This document shows, in pieces, positions 11,830 to 24,680 of a stretch of DNA of 64,000 nucleotides. Where the stretch lies: positions 19,594,001-19,658,000 of the forward strand of contig CM052817.1 of the NCBI GenBank assembly GCA_028534125.1. Direction: 5' to 3'. Position numbers and translations under genes: made by a program. How positions within the stretch are numbered: the first letter of the stretch is position 1; each line of letters begins with the position of its first letter. Source of the DNA: Lama glama (lineage: Eukaryota). The notes under the pieces were generated by a model that searched no databases, was not told the origin of the DNA, and worked only from the letters and a program-made list of their open reading frames with translations.

Positions 11830-14712
11830 CACAATCAACTAGTATATGAAAACTCTAAAAGCTTGAAAGAAGAGAGCAGACTACATAGGGACCTCAGCAC
11901 ATGAAGAATGAAACAGCAATCAGCCCAGTAATTACTTGCCTCACATTTCTGTACTGGAAAAAGGAATTCCAAAGTTTCCAATCTGGAACATCCAATAGAC
12001 ACAGACAAAAATGTCTGCAGGAAAAGCCTCTTTCTCCTAGCCAAAGAATGGAGAAAATACCCACTCTATTCCAGCCAAACATCAACAGAAAATGTGCACC
12101 TTCACTTTGAGGTTTCAGCAGGGCTAAACAGGCAGCTGGTCCTGCAGCCCATTCTCCTGCCTTGCAGAAGCAGGGGACGATGCTCTAAATCTTCACCTGG
12201 TGGTATCTCTCAGCAAGCAGGAAGCTAACCTTCCATACTTTGCTTAGTGGAAACAGGTAGAGCTCTGATTCTTCTGCCAGGATATCTCACAGAGGTCAAA
12301 GTCTGAACAAGGAAGTGTAAGTTGGGGCTTTTTAGTACTCCAGATTCCCTTTTGCTGGAGTGGTGTTACAGATGAACATCTATCTTCACCACGACCTGTG
12401 CACTGCAGCTAAACATAGTAGCTTCCTGCAAATTAGTAGAATTTCATAACATGATACTCAAAATATCCAGGGTACAATTATCAGTCACTCATCATAACAT
12501 GAACCAGGTCAATCACACCCTGAAATGAGAAAATAAATCAGCATAATACAATACTGAGATGACGCAAATGTTGGAATTATCTGACAAAAATTTTAAACTA
12601 AAATGCTTCTCTAGCAATTATAGACACCCTTGCAGCAAGAAAAAATATCTCTATACATTTCATACCTATCCATGTCTACCTGTCTATGAAAGTTTTAGGT
12701 AAGAAATAGAAATTTTAAGGAAGAATCAGATGGAAATCATAGAAAAGAAAAAATTACACACACACACACACAATCTTGCTAGATAATAAAGTTGACAGAG
12801 ATAAAATTAGTGAACTTGAAGATAGATCAGTAGAATTTACCCCATCTGGAAAACAGAGTAATAGATTACAAAAAGAAGACAATGGAGTGCGACCTGTGGG
12901 ACAATAACAAAAATAACAACATTCCAATAATTAGAATCACAGGAGTAGAGACAGGAGAAAAGAGGGAGTGGGGCTAAAAATGTATTCATATAAATAATAG
13001 CTGAAAACTTCCTGAATCTGATAAGAGACAGAAACCTACAGATTCTAAAAGTTCAGTGAATTCCAAGTAGAGTAAACCTAACAAGGTCTACACCAAAGTA
13101 TATCATAATTAAGCACATCATAGTACATCAGAATACTGTCTGATGTATTCAATGCATGCAGTAGAAACATTAAAGATGATTTACTTGAAAAAAACAAGAG
13201 AATTAAAAAAAAAAGAAAAAATCAGGAGAATAAAAAGGCCTCAATAGATGTACATTTTCAAGTTTCTTTTGAAAGAGTTAATTGTGTATGCATACTGTAT
13301 TGTATAAACTAAACTCTAAAAATTTATAATAAGCAATATACTCAAACACACTACAAATAAATGAAGATAGATTTCTATAAAAATGAGTGAACCACAAGAA
13401 AGTAAGGGAAAAAGAGGATTTTTGAATCAGAGAAAGCAAACAAAAGAAAAAATATAAAACATCAATTTAATTAACACAATAACTATCTAAATGTTTATTA
13501 ATGATTATCTAATGGAACAATAATTATCTAAAATGCAAGTGATCTGCACCAATTAAAACACAAAGATTGAGAATTGGCAATGTGGTTAAAATATAATGAA
13601 ACAGGTAGGTTTGAAAGTAAAAGAATGAAAAGAGATATACCATGTAAACATTACTTTAAAAAGTGACTTTATTATTATTAGATAAGGTAGTCTACAGAGC
13701 AAAGAAAATCACTAAAGACAAAAAGAGACATTACATAGTAATAAAAGGATCAGTCTACCAAGAAGACATAACAACTTTCAATGTTCAAACAATACAGCCA
13801 CAACATGTATAAGTCAAAATCTGCTGAAGATGGAAGGAGAAATTGACAAACTTATAGTTTAGTATTTCAACACTTCACTTTCAGTAATTTATAGAACTAA
13901 TAGATAGAAAGTTATCAAGGGTATCGAATTGAATAACATGACCATCCAAAAGGATCTAATTGATATACTAGAACCCTTCATTCAACAATAGCAGAATGAA
14001 CATTTATTTTCAAACACTCATGGAATACTTACCAAGATAGATCACACCCTGGATGTAAAACAAAACTCAACAAGTTTAAAAGAATTGCAATCATACAGAT
14101 TATTGTCACTGATCATAAAATAATTAAACTAGAAATTGGCAATAGAAATATAACAAGAATTCTACAAACACTTGGGACATTTGGCAATACAGTTCTAATA
14201 AATCCATAGATCAAAAAGGAAATCTAAAAAAAATTAAAAATACAGAGAACTGAATAAGAATGAAAATAGATTAACATATGTAGAATGAAGCTGAGAGGGA
14301 TATTTTTACTGCTAACTGCTTACATTACAAAAGAGAAAAGATCTTAATCTAAGTTTCTATCCTAAGAAACTAGAAAAAAAAGTGCAAAATAAATACAAAG
14401 CAGATAGAGAAAAGGAAATAATAAGAATAGATATAAGTGAAAGTGAAATATGAAAACAATAGAGATATTAATGAAACCAAAAGCTGGTTCTTTGAAGAAA
14501 TCAGTAAAATTAAAGATCCTCCAGACAAACAAAAGACTGACAAGGATAAAAAATAAATAAAACAAGAGAAGACATAAGTCACCAATACAGAACATGAACT
14601 GAGGCTGTCACTACAGATCTTTCATCCATGAAAATAGTAACAAGGGAATACTACAGATAATTTTGCAACCATACATTTTACAAATTAGACAAAATGGACT
14701 GATTCTTAAAAT
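11830..14712 (+). mobile_element. Old L1 (L1MC/L1MD-like): 5' region, partial ORF1 and 5' part of ORF2, decayed
   Basis: ORF1p-like AENFLNLIRDRNLQILKVQ*IPSRVNLTRSTPKYIIIK at about 13000-13113. ORF2 endonuclease-region strings include ccaagaagacataac, caagatagatcac, aagctggttctttgaagaaatcagtaaaatt and aagggaatactac...aaatggac. A-rich sense bias. The 5' boundary is uncertain. Confidence 0.85.
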
Positions 14713-14774
14713 CTGAAAAGTTCATCCTACGGTGCCTGACAATGAATTATTTCAGCACTCAGTATATGTCAATC

Positions 14775-14872
14775 TGAATTTTTCTTTTCTCAGAGATAAT
14801 AGTTTCTATCTCATAAGATTGTTATGATCATAAAAATGAGAAGATACATGTAGAGAGAGCACTAGAACAGAG
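14775..14872 (+). mobile_element. MIR fragment
   Basis: gataatagtttctatctcataagattgttatg...atacatgtagagagagcactagaacagagc matches the MIR core and 3' part. Confidence 0.6.
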
Positions 14873-14899
14873 CATGAGAGGGCAAGGCTCAAAAAGTGG

Positions 14900-15222
14900 G
14901 TATCATTTGTATGTGGCATCTAAAAAATAAAGCAAACTAGTGAATATAACAAAAAGGAAAAATACTCACAGATGATAGAGAACAAACCAGGGGTTACCAG
15001 TGGGTAGAGGGAAGAGGGTAGAACATGATAAAGGTAGGGGCTTAGGAAGTATAAGCTATATCTATAAAATAAATAAGCTACAAGAATATGTTGTACAACT
15101 CAGGAAAGATAGCCAATATTTTATAATAACTATGAGTGGAATATAACCTTTAAAAATATAAATTACTGTATTGAACACCCATAGCATATAATATTGTACA
15201 TCAACTATATATCAGTTAAAAA
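14900..15222 (+). mobile_element. L1 3' UTR, cetartiodactyl-type, 5'-truncated
   Basis: tatgtggcatctaaaaaa...ctcacagatgatagagaacaaacc...ggttaccagtgggtagaggg...atagccaatattttataataact...aatattgtacatcaactata...aaaa. Confidence 0.85.
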
Positions 15223-15289
15223 TTAGTGGACAATCAAAAAAAAGTATCATTAGCTAAATATAAAATTATTAGTTGACAAGGCAAGAAAA

Positions 15290-15830
15290 GAACATTGAAA
15301 TATCTTGGAGGTAACAATTGCAGGAAAGAGCTGTTACTCTCAGAGCTCAAAGAAACAAGGTAGAAACTGAAACTATTCAATCTCAGAAGCTTAGAGGAAG
15401 ACCCCTGCGGGACTGAAACTCCAATAACTAAGGAAGGTGTTGTTGGAGTTTCTGCATAATAGGGCTGGCTCTGCAAGTGCTGGGAAAATGGCAACCCGGA
15501 TTTAGCTACTATTATGAGAAGGAACTGCTTTATAAGAATGAAGAAGTATTTACTGCGTAATGCTCACAAGTTCTGGAAGCCCACAAGAAGAAATGAGTAT
15601 TTTTTTCTTCCTGTAAACCTGTAGTCACTCCATACCATCATCTATTTAGAGAGTTTAATAAAAGCCTGCTTTTGGCAAATCAGAAATGTGGCTTGCAGAT
15701 TATGGATTGCAATTCAGATTATGATTTGGAGTTCAGAGACAAAAATGTAACAGCTGGCACCATCCCTTTAGCTACTCAGCATCCATATATATCCTCTTCA
15801 CATAGTTGAACTTCCTAACTTAACACAATT
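15290..15830 (-). mobile_element. Old class III LTR with adjacent polypurine tract and internal 3' fragment
   Basis: The minus strand reads atatggatgctgagtagctaaagggatg|gtgccagctg, a PPT-like tract running into an LTR start near 15760, followed by aaatcagaaatgtggcttgcag-type LTR sequence on the plus strand. Confidence 0.5.
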
Positions 15831-16117
15831 TTAAAAATTCTGTATTTCTGGAATAAAAAGTCAACAGGATTTGAAATAACAGCCCATTTTCTAAACAATC
15901 AATTTTTCACTTTTTTATAATACCCAACAAATATTCGGGTCATAAAACTTGTCAAGCCAATTAGAATTTACTAGTTTATTGTCTATCACTTCTAGTAGAC
16001 TGAGTGGATAATGAATAATTTCCATAAATTAGAATAACGACCCATAGAAGGGATACCCATAGAAGTAAATGTGGTGAGGGTATAGAAATCTCACAGCCTG
16101 AGTTAGGCATAATTACG

Positions 16118-16218
16118 GCAGCTAAAATTTACTGAATGTTTCCTCATTTTCAGATAATTTTCAAAGAGCTGTGTATATATGTTGATTAATTTAATCATTA
16201 AAACCACTTTTAGAGGTC
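16118..16218 (-). mobile_element. MIR fragment
   Basis: gcagctaaaatttactgaatg...atttaatcattaaaaccactttt resembles antisense MIR. Confidence 0.5.
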
Positions 16219-17309
16219 TAATGTGCAGAGGACTGTGTCATGCTAAGCCTGGACAGTGGTATCAAACCTCAACAATAAAAAAGCCTGGACAAGCCATCTA
16301 AGGGAGGCAAAAGACACAATATTTTTATGGTAGGAAGGAGAAAGGGAAAAATATAATATAGGAAGACAATACAGGCAGGAATGTGGTAATCACAAGATAA
16401 GTATTTGGAATATGACATCAGGTTACTTGATTTTGCAGCCTGTTTTTTTTTTTTTAAAGCTGGAAAATGAATGAGTGGGATCACATAATGTCTCTTATCT
16501 ATTTTATCTGTGACATTTTGTGATTACAGGTCTTAGGGAAAAGCAATCATATTGCTGTTAATCATTCTTTAATTGGGCATTGCACAGTATCTCTAGGCTT
16601 ACTCTATTTTAATTATAAAGACAGGAAGGTAAGTAATTATGATTTCTGCAGAGGACATGATTTTGTGTTTGTGTATGTGTTTAATTATCCAGTTTATCTT
16701 AGCCTTAGGTGACCTAAGATTTTCATTGTGAACTGAGGTTCTCTGAGAACCTGGATGGAAAGAAAAGCTTGAGTCTTTGGTGAAATAACTTGAAAATTTC
16801 ACAAAATGACATAGACATGCTCCAAGTAAAGAGTGTAGCCTTAAACTATGACTGCTGATGCCTGGAAAGGTAGTGGGGATTGTTAATCCAGAGTTTGTAC
16901 ATGAATCACGGAAGAACTCTAATGACATGATACAGAGCACATTAAAAGGCAGTTCCATGAAGATGCAATTGCAATTGTTCAACTCCATTTCCCACAGTCT
17001 GCACAAAGATTTTACTCTTGGAGATGGACAAGAGGATCTGAGAAAATTATATGTGAATACAAATCACGGCGTACTTTGTTTTTTAGGCTCTTTCAGCTTT
17101 CAGAAAGAGACATACACTCTTTTTATTCTTTCTTTCTTGAATATTTAGTGATCACTGTAACGAGGTATTTTCTAGGTACTGGAGATGTACCCATGATTAT
17201 TCTGGCTATCTGAGGTGTTGGAAGTTCAGAGTGAGGAGACACAGAGAAGGAAGAAGAGCAGAAACACCAGTAGGCATTCTGAACATTGATCTAGTCAAGA
17301 TATAATCAA

Positions 17310-17441
17310 GGGGAGGATACAGCAAGAGCACCAGAGAACATGCTTAGTATGCACAAGATCCTGGGTTCAATCCCCAGTCCTCCTCTAAAAATAAATAAAT
17401 AAATAAACCTTACTTCCCTCTTCAAAAAATAAACAAAATAA
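17310..17441 (+). mobile_element. tRNA-Ala-derived SINE (camelid Vic-1-like)
   Basis: ggggaggatacagc head, catgcttagtatgcacaag anticodon-arm remnant, B-box ggttcaatccc (17364-17374) and (taaa)n tail. Flanking direct repeat aagatataat at 17297-17306 and 17442-17451. Confidence 0.85.
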
Positions 17442-18039
17442 AAGATATAATGTTTCTCTAGAGCTCTATTATCTTGTTCATCACTCAGATTAAGGTATCA
17501 TTGCTTCCTTCCATTGCTCTTGTGTTCTGTAATTATTGTGATTGCTATTATTTTATATTTATTTTTGTCTTTGCTGCTACTAATTCTCTTTTTATCTTTA
17601 TTAATTTTTTTTCCTTTACTCATTGTTTTGACAGTTCTGTAGCAAGGAAAGTCCCAGCTGCATTTTGTGACATGCTTTCATTACCTGGGTTCGGTGGTGT
17701 TAAGACCCTGGATTTGGAACCAATTATAAGGAGTGATGGCCATTTTGTTTTCAGCAGTTGTCTGTGTTACAGTTGGTCTATGAATCCTGTCCAGAGTCTT
17801 GAATGTTATTCTGCAGCCATTTATACATCTGGAAACTCAAAAATTCAGCCTGCAACAAAAAGTTCAAACAGGACCGATGCACCATATTTTCTTGACTCCT
17901 GAATGATGTTGGCAATGGTAAATATCCAGACATGAATTAATATCCTGAAACCTAACTTCACCTGCCCTGATTTAAAAAAAAAATGAAAGAAATCTTTGAG
18001 TTGTCTTCTCTGGCATTAAAAACTAAGCCATTGTTTTCT

Positions 18040-18466
18040 CCTATTAAACATAAAAAAATTCACTACCAAATTCAGATAGAGTCACTCAGTGACTGTGATG
18101 GGATGAGACAAAAGAAAAGATCATATCATAGACAAAACCGATAACACACTACAATCAACAGATATGACCAAGATCTTCTCACTAGACTAACATGAATGCC
18201 TGCTAATTCCTTACGAATACAGATTTAACTTTTCTGCATTTCTTCCCATTTCTTCTGCTAACTAGATGTAAATTATTAGGACAATGAATGGGAAAGTTGC
18301 CCTATTTTTGTCAGTACCAGGTCCAAAGCAAAGTCACACTTCCATGAATCTTCCCTAAAATCATTTAGCACAAGTCCAAATCTTATAACCAGTCCCTTTT
18401 AACATCTTCCTATGGAGATGCCCGGTATCTCACCCATCGTGTTTCATGTCTTTTGCTACAACAAGT
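18040..18466 (+). mobile_element. ERV1-class LTR fragment (MER89/MER90-like), 3'-truncated
   Basis: aaatcatttagcacaagtccaaatcttataaccagtcccttttaacatcttcctatggagatgcccgg...gctacaacaag resembles the TATA/R region of MER4-group LTRs. Confidence 0.55.
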
Positions 18467-19284
18467 ACCGATCAAGGACAGAAACCAATTTTATATGGCC
18501 ATTACAGAAGTCATAGATAAGGAAGAGAGCCTGAGACGCCTGGTAGGAAGTGTAAACCTTTAGAATTGGTAAGAAAAAAATGATCCTAGAAACATACCTA
18601 CTATACTAAAAAGCCAGTGTCATCCATCATGTAGTAAAGATACCAAATAGCTAAGAGTTTTGTTGAAACTTGCTAAGATTCACTTAAAGTTTCCATTGAG
18701 TTCCTGTGAGCTGAAAATCTGCTTGATGAGATGAAGGAGATTCTAGTAATGTATAGTTATTTATACAAAGTTTATAATATTAATATTATAATAGTAATTT
18801 AAAAAAATCCCCAAGTTTTTTTGACCATCATATTATCTGCTAGCAGGAGTAATAAAAAAAAAATCAATGACTAATCAGAAGATACTTTTAGTAAATTACA
18901 TAAACATACAGGAAATATGAAATAGATAATACTTCTAATTATTAAAGTGGAATTTTCATATTTAGAAGGAAACTAACAAAATTATAGCATGTTATAGAAA
19001 ATTTAACAAACTCATCATGTGCTCTTAAAAATCCCTATTTTTCTAAAGCAATAGTTTTTTCTGTTTTAAACTTAAAAGGTTGTTTCATTTGATTTGGTTT
19101 TGGTTTTAGTCAGAGGAGTCATACATACTTACCGTTTTTGTGTGCAAACCCCTTGATTCTTTAACTAGTAATTATTTTACTTCAGGTTGGGTAGAGTCCC
19201 TTTTTCTCTGAATGAAGGGAAATGAGAACCCTGAGACGATAGCATATGGCAAGGACAAGACAAAAATTACCTATAGCTTTATTA

Positions 19285-19690
19285 ATCTCGCCTTTTAATA
19301 ATGATTTGTAGTGCTCTGCCTCCGAATGTTGCCAGTTACATTTCTCCAAGTATAGCATGCCATGTCATGCCATGTCTGCTCTCAAACAGAACATACCCAC
19401 CTGGAAAAGCTCCACCTATCTTTCAAATCTCAGATTATGAATCACTTTTTATGTATTGCCTCCTTCATAGCTACAATCTTACCATTCGCTTGGACCCCAC
19501 ACTCCCCTGACCAATCAGAATTAAGTGTTTCCGCTGCTTTCATACTTTTCCTGTATCACTTACCATGCTGAGTTTGACTTGTCCGTCTTCCTCACTAGAC
19601 TAGGAGATTTTTAAGAGTCAAGTGTTCTGAGTCTGTGGCACTTAGTTCACTAGTTGGCACAGAAGAATTTTATGTATATTTGTAAATCAT
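19285..19690 (+). mobile_element. L2 3' region
   Basis: Pyrimidine-rich body, then cttgtccgtcttcctcactagactagg...tggcacttagttcactagttggcacag. Confidence 0.6.
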
Positions 19691-22600
19691 ATACAATATG
19701 CCTAGCACTGGGCTATGTGCCTATCAATTGTTTTCATTGAATTTATTGACTAATGGAGGTTTAGATTTAGCAAACTCATCGTGGATGAGCTATATCACTT
19801 ATGAATCAAAATAGATTTCTCAGTTACAGCCAAAAATGCAAACAAGAAGTTGTAAACGGTAGATGGAATTCCATTATCAATAGACTAGTTTCTATAACAC
19901 ACTTTATTATTTTTTATAACACACTTTAATTTGGAAGAGGAATATATAGAGTATGTGTAAAATAAGGAAAACTGTAATTTTTGGCATATTATACCCTAGT
20001 TTGGATTAAATTTCTCACTCTTGTTCCAAATGATATGAAAGTATTATCTTAATTTCCAAGGTAACTGTTTACAAATATAGGCAAGTTAAAATTAAAATTA
20101 AATGTTCAAACAAATATATATATAATGTTTATTTTTAAGGTCTTGATTTCCAAGTAGTGACTTTTAAAATACAAATTGCATAGTTTATATTTGAGAGAGA
20201 AAATTTCAAAATACATTAACTAACTTCTTGGTGTTTAGTGACTGTGCTGAGTCCATTATAATAACATATATTTTTAACATTTAGGATATTTATATACAAC
20301 ACATTTATGCTTAGACATGTGGAATTTTGTTTGCTACCTAACTGCTAAGTGGATTCATATTTAAATGTAAATATCTTTGCAGAGTGCAGTGTGTTGAAAT
20401 TACTAATTTTCATACTAGACATCTTAAAATTTGCATGTATAATTGCACATTCCTTCATGTAAATAAAAACTTACGTTTTTGCCCTCTTGGAAAAGGTATT
20501 TATGCATTTATCTATGCACACTCAACGTGTATGCAAACACTTGGATTTACATATATACATATTTATTGTGTTTATATACCTATTGGCTTTATATAGTGCA
20601 CTCTACACATTTTATTTTTAATATGATAAACATTGTTATGCTCGATCCTCATCAAGTCTACAGAAAGTAGGCTTGTCATTTTGTCCATAGTTTCTGAATT
20701 TTATGACTATTCTATCTATTGAGTACATAAGGGGTATTTCTTTTAAATGGTTTACAAAATATCAGCTATTTAAGGGCTCAGAAATCTTATTTGGTGGAAT
20801 GATACTAAAATAATAATTATGTATTTAGTACATATTTAATATAACTTTTATGAAAAGGAACTTATTTGGGTAGGATAAGTTAAGGACATTCTTAAGCCTG
20901 GATACTATTCACTTTCAGCTCTGCAGCAATATGAAGGGATGACACAGAAAACTGCTGTATATATTATGCATAACCACGCATTCACGCAGAATTTCCCACT
21001 CACAGATGCTACCTGGGACATGGAGTATGTCACAGCTATTTTGTACTCAATTCTTTTTCTAACTATAAAGGCTTGGTGTTGTCATGATACATATTTAGCT
21101 TCTGAGATTGATGGATTGCTTGAGTGAACAAGATTATATGGCATTTTTTTTTCTTATCTGAGTCAATGTTTTCCTCAATACCACGAAGTAAATTAAAATA
21201 AAGTGTTTAAATCTACTGCTTATGATAAAGAGGACCAAATCTCATTCTAATAAATGTGAAATACAGCTTGTCATGTTCCTTTCACTCTGTAGAAATGCTA
21301 CCACAGGGCTTCGCCAGTTAAGTCTAATATGTTGACATTTATTTTTGCTGCAATAAATGTTAGGATTATATTTTTGCATTAAATTCTGGCATTTTTAAAG
21401 ATCACGATGACAAGTAATTTATTCCTCAAATCACTCTGGTTTGTTTTTACTTTTTGAATATGGATTTGGCCGTGTGTCTCCAAGGCACAGTACAAAGCAT
21501 ATTTCATATGTTTTGCAACCTATTAGTTTGATTTAAATCCACTTTTTCCATCTGGATTTACGCAAGCCTTCCTTGATGTTATTTGCTCTGAATTATTGCC
21601 CAGAAATAATCACACCGAATCCAATTTTACACTGGCTGTGTGGCTTACCAAGCTTGTCACTGTAAAGCTTGAAGGCTTTTATAGTTTGTTTCAATGAAGG
21701 CAATTTCTCAGATATTCTATATATTAATATGTAATATGCAGTTTTGACAAACATTAAAAAAATTTCCCTTACCTGTTCTTAAATATGGAATAAATGATGA
21801 CATATCTTAGAATCATGACAGAGAGTAGAAAGAACAACACATAAAAATAATGTTTTTTGCATATTCGGTATAAAACCTACATATAATAGATTTGGTCAAT
21901 CTCAGTGACTTGAATCGAAACCTCAAAGATAAGTAATGTAGTGTCAGGAGCACTGTTTCAGTTCTTTTGCACTTTAAAGATTTATTTCTTTTAGTAATAC
22001 AGCAGCTAAAGGAGAATGTAAATTTGAAATTCATCTCTTTTCTTTGCCATATTTTTAAAGGCCTATCTTTCCTTAAGCTGAATGAGGAGTGAAATAGAAC
22101 ATTTTTCAAATTAGATAATAAATCTAGATAATCCAGCAATAAAACTTTGTCTTTTGCTTTTTCTCCTCATTGGTAGATAGTTTTGGTTTATATCCTTTAG
22201 GGGGAAATAAAAAGAAAAAAAAAATAACCTCGATTCTACCTATACTTAGTCATTGGTTTTCACAGATCTTAAGAGAAAACCTGAAATGTTGAATAAATAC
22301 CCCTTCTAATAGAAAGCTGAATTGTTTTCTGAATTTTCAGCCTTGTATAAAAACCCAGAGAATTTCCACTGGCTAGTTTTCAAAGGCAAATGTGTGGATG
22401 GTTGCTCACATCTATGTGCCTAATTTGCATTCTGACCACTTGTGAGAAAGTTCAGACTACTTAAGATTTGCTAACTAGAAACATACAAGTTGGCCATCTT
22501 TCCTCTCTGGAAAATAGGTTTTTTTTATCTTGTGATAAGTTTACTTTTTGCCTCTCTTGCTGCATGATTAGAATCAGAATCTATATTGAAGAGTTTTGAG

Positions 22601-23359
22601 AATTAATTCAAGTATTTTTAAAAATACCCCTCAAGGAAAAGAAAAGAAATATGTGTGCTGAAAGATGGTCTAAATCACAAAACCAAATTATTTATTTGGA
22701 TGAAGTAGCTCCGTAAGGTAAAATGTATAGCAATCTTCTGGACACTTCTAATAGGGATAAAATTTCATGATATTGAGGTAAAATATACACAGGCAAAGTG
22801 AAATGGATAAATGAGGTAATTATTCATGTAATTCTAGACTAAAAAAAGCCTCAGCCAAAATATTTAGAAAACTGAGAAAAATTTCCCTTGCCTTATTTAA
22901 ATAATTGCCTTAATTCTCCTTTCCATCTATTTACTATGGATAAAAGTACCTTTTTTGGTTAAAATAATTCTAATTACATTGTTAGAGAATACCAGGTAAA
23001 TAATTATTCCATTTAGTCATCACATATCATTTGGAGATTATCATTTAAACCATTTTGCCTCCACACACCTTTCTGCATGATAGAGAAAAATTGTTGTATT
23101 CTTTATGGGAACTTTTGAAAGATTAGCAAGGTAACTGTAGGTAAACTAGGGCATCATAAGGAACACTATATAAACTATAAGTAGTGTATTTTATTTTGCT
23201 TTACTTAGAAATACAAACTTTTATACATATCCAAATTTTTATGATATAAAATTGTTAAAAATTTAATTCATTTAGTGGCAAGGACTTAAAATCATTTTCA
23301 TACTAAATCTTTAAAACTTTGGATAATTTTCATATGACATTCAGATATCTGATATACCC

Positions 23360-24124
23360 AGTATTTTCATGGTTTATCCATGTTGTAACATATATCAGTG
23401 CTTCATTACTTTTATTGTTGAATTATATTCCATTATGACATTACACCATATCTTACTTATCTTATGCATTCATTAGTTAATGGATATTTGGGTTTTGTTC
23501 AGTTTTGGCTATTAAGACTAATGGATATTCGGGTTTTGTTCAGTTTCTAAAAACATCAGTGTTTAAGTTTTAGATGGGCTGTGTTTTCACTTACCTTGGA
23601 TGCGTATCTGGGAGTAAAATTGCTGGACCATATAGCGACTCTATGGTTAACATTTGGAGAAACTGTCAAACTGTCTTCAGTACAGCTTCACCAGTTTAAT
23701 GGAGGCCAATTTATTTTCCTTTTTTTTTGTTTTGTGCTTTTGATGTCATATCTAAGTGGCTCTGTCTAACCTCAGTCAAAATTTATGCCTACATTTTCAT
23801 CAAAGTGTGCTATAGTTTTTATCCTTACATTTATTTCTGTTGCCCATTTAGAGTTAATTTTTGTGTGAAGTATAAGAGAGGCATCCAACTTTACTCTTTT
23901 GCATGTGAGTATTCAGCACTACTCTTTTCCCCTCCCAATGATCTTAGCATCTCATCCTTGTTCAAATCAACTGACCACATGAGTATAAAGATTAATTTCT
24001 GAATTCTAAATTCTGTGCATTTATCCATGACTACCCTTCTGTCAATACCACACTTTCTCGATTATTGTAGCTTTGTAGTAAGTTTTGAAACAGAGAAGTA
24101 TTAGTTATCTAACTTTGTTCTTCA
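23360..24124 (-). mobile_element. Old L1 3' region with internal deletions
   Basis: ttatccatgttgtaacatatatcagtg, ctgggagtaaaattgctggaccatatag, ccatttagagttaatttttgtgtgaag, gattattgtagctttgtagtaagttttgaaa. Confidence 0.85.
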
Positions 24125-24389
24125 CTGGGAAGCTTGCCTACCATGACCCTAAGCCACCATTCCCAAACAAAATAAGTACTTTAGTTGCTCAGGTATGAGA
24201 GTCAGAACCAGTGGTTTAAAGAGTGTATCAAAGTTAAAGAAGTAAAGAGAGCTAATAGAGATGTTGTAGCAGTCTGACTATAAAAAGATGAAATAACAGT
24301 TTTAGGGGCCTGAGGGACTCAAAATGGTTTCTATTTTGTATTTTTTTATCATAGGGTAGTAGCTTGAGTGAGTTTAAATCATAAGAAAG

Positions 24390-24680
24390 ATCTAGATGCA
24401 AGGCAGACTTAAGGGAATTCATAAGTTTAGTGGCCCAAAGTTGAGGTAGCAGTGAGCTGGTGACTTCAGTTTTCTGTGTGAATGATGAAAGATGACCACC
24501 TGCTGAGAAATGGGGGTAGAGAAGAGTCAAGGTTTGAAGGTGGAATATGGAGAAATTTGAAATTGTCAAGGTGGTTAATGAGACAGCACCTACAGGAAAA
24601 TGTAGTCACACTGGAATTTAACTTTAGAAATACAGCAGAGGCTGATAAATATAGATTCAGGGTTGCATTGATTTAAATAC
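24390..24680 (-). mobile_element. L2 fragment
   Basis: Purine-rich segment tggtgacttcagttttctgtgtgaatgatgaaagatgaccacctgctgagaaatggggg...gaaatttgaaattgtc, like antisense L2. Confidence 0.4.

Noticed and set aside
16530..16634. Acceptor-like acag and perfect donor AAG|gtaagt framing about 100 bp
   Set aside because: All three frames contain stops, and such sites occur by chance in 64 kb. There is no other support.
17474..17902. Longest ORF in the track (142 aa)
   Set aside because: Non-ATG start, F/I/C-rich translation of T-rich low-complexity DNA and no homology recognised.
19893..19928. 14-bp direct repeat tataacacacttta
   Set aside because: Ordinary slippage duplication in AT-rich DNA with no further structure.
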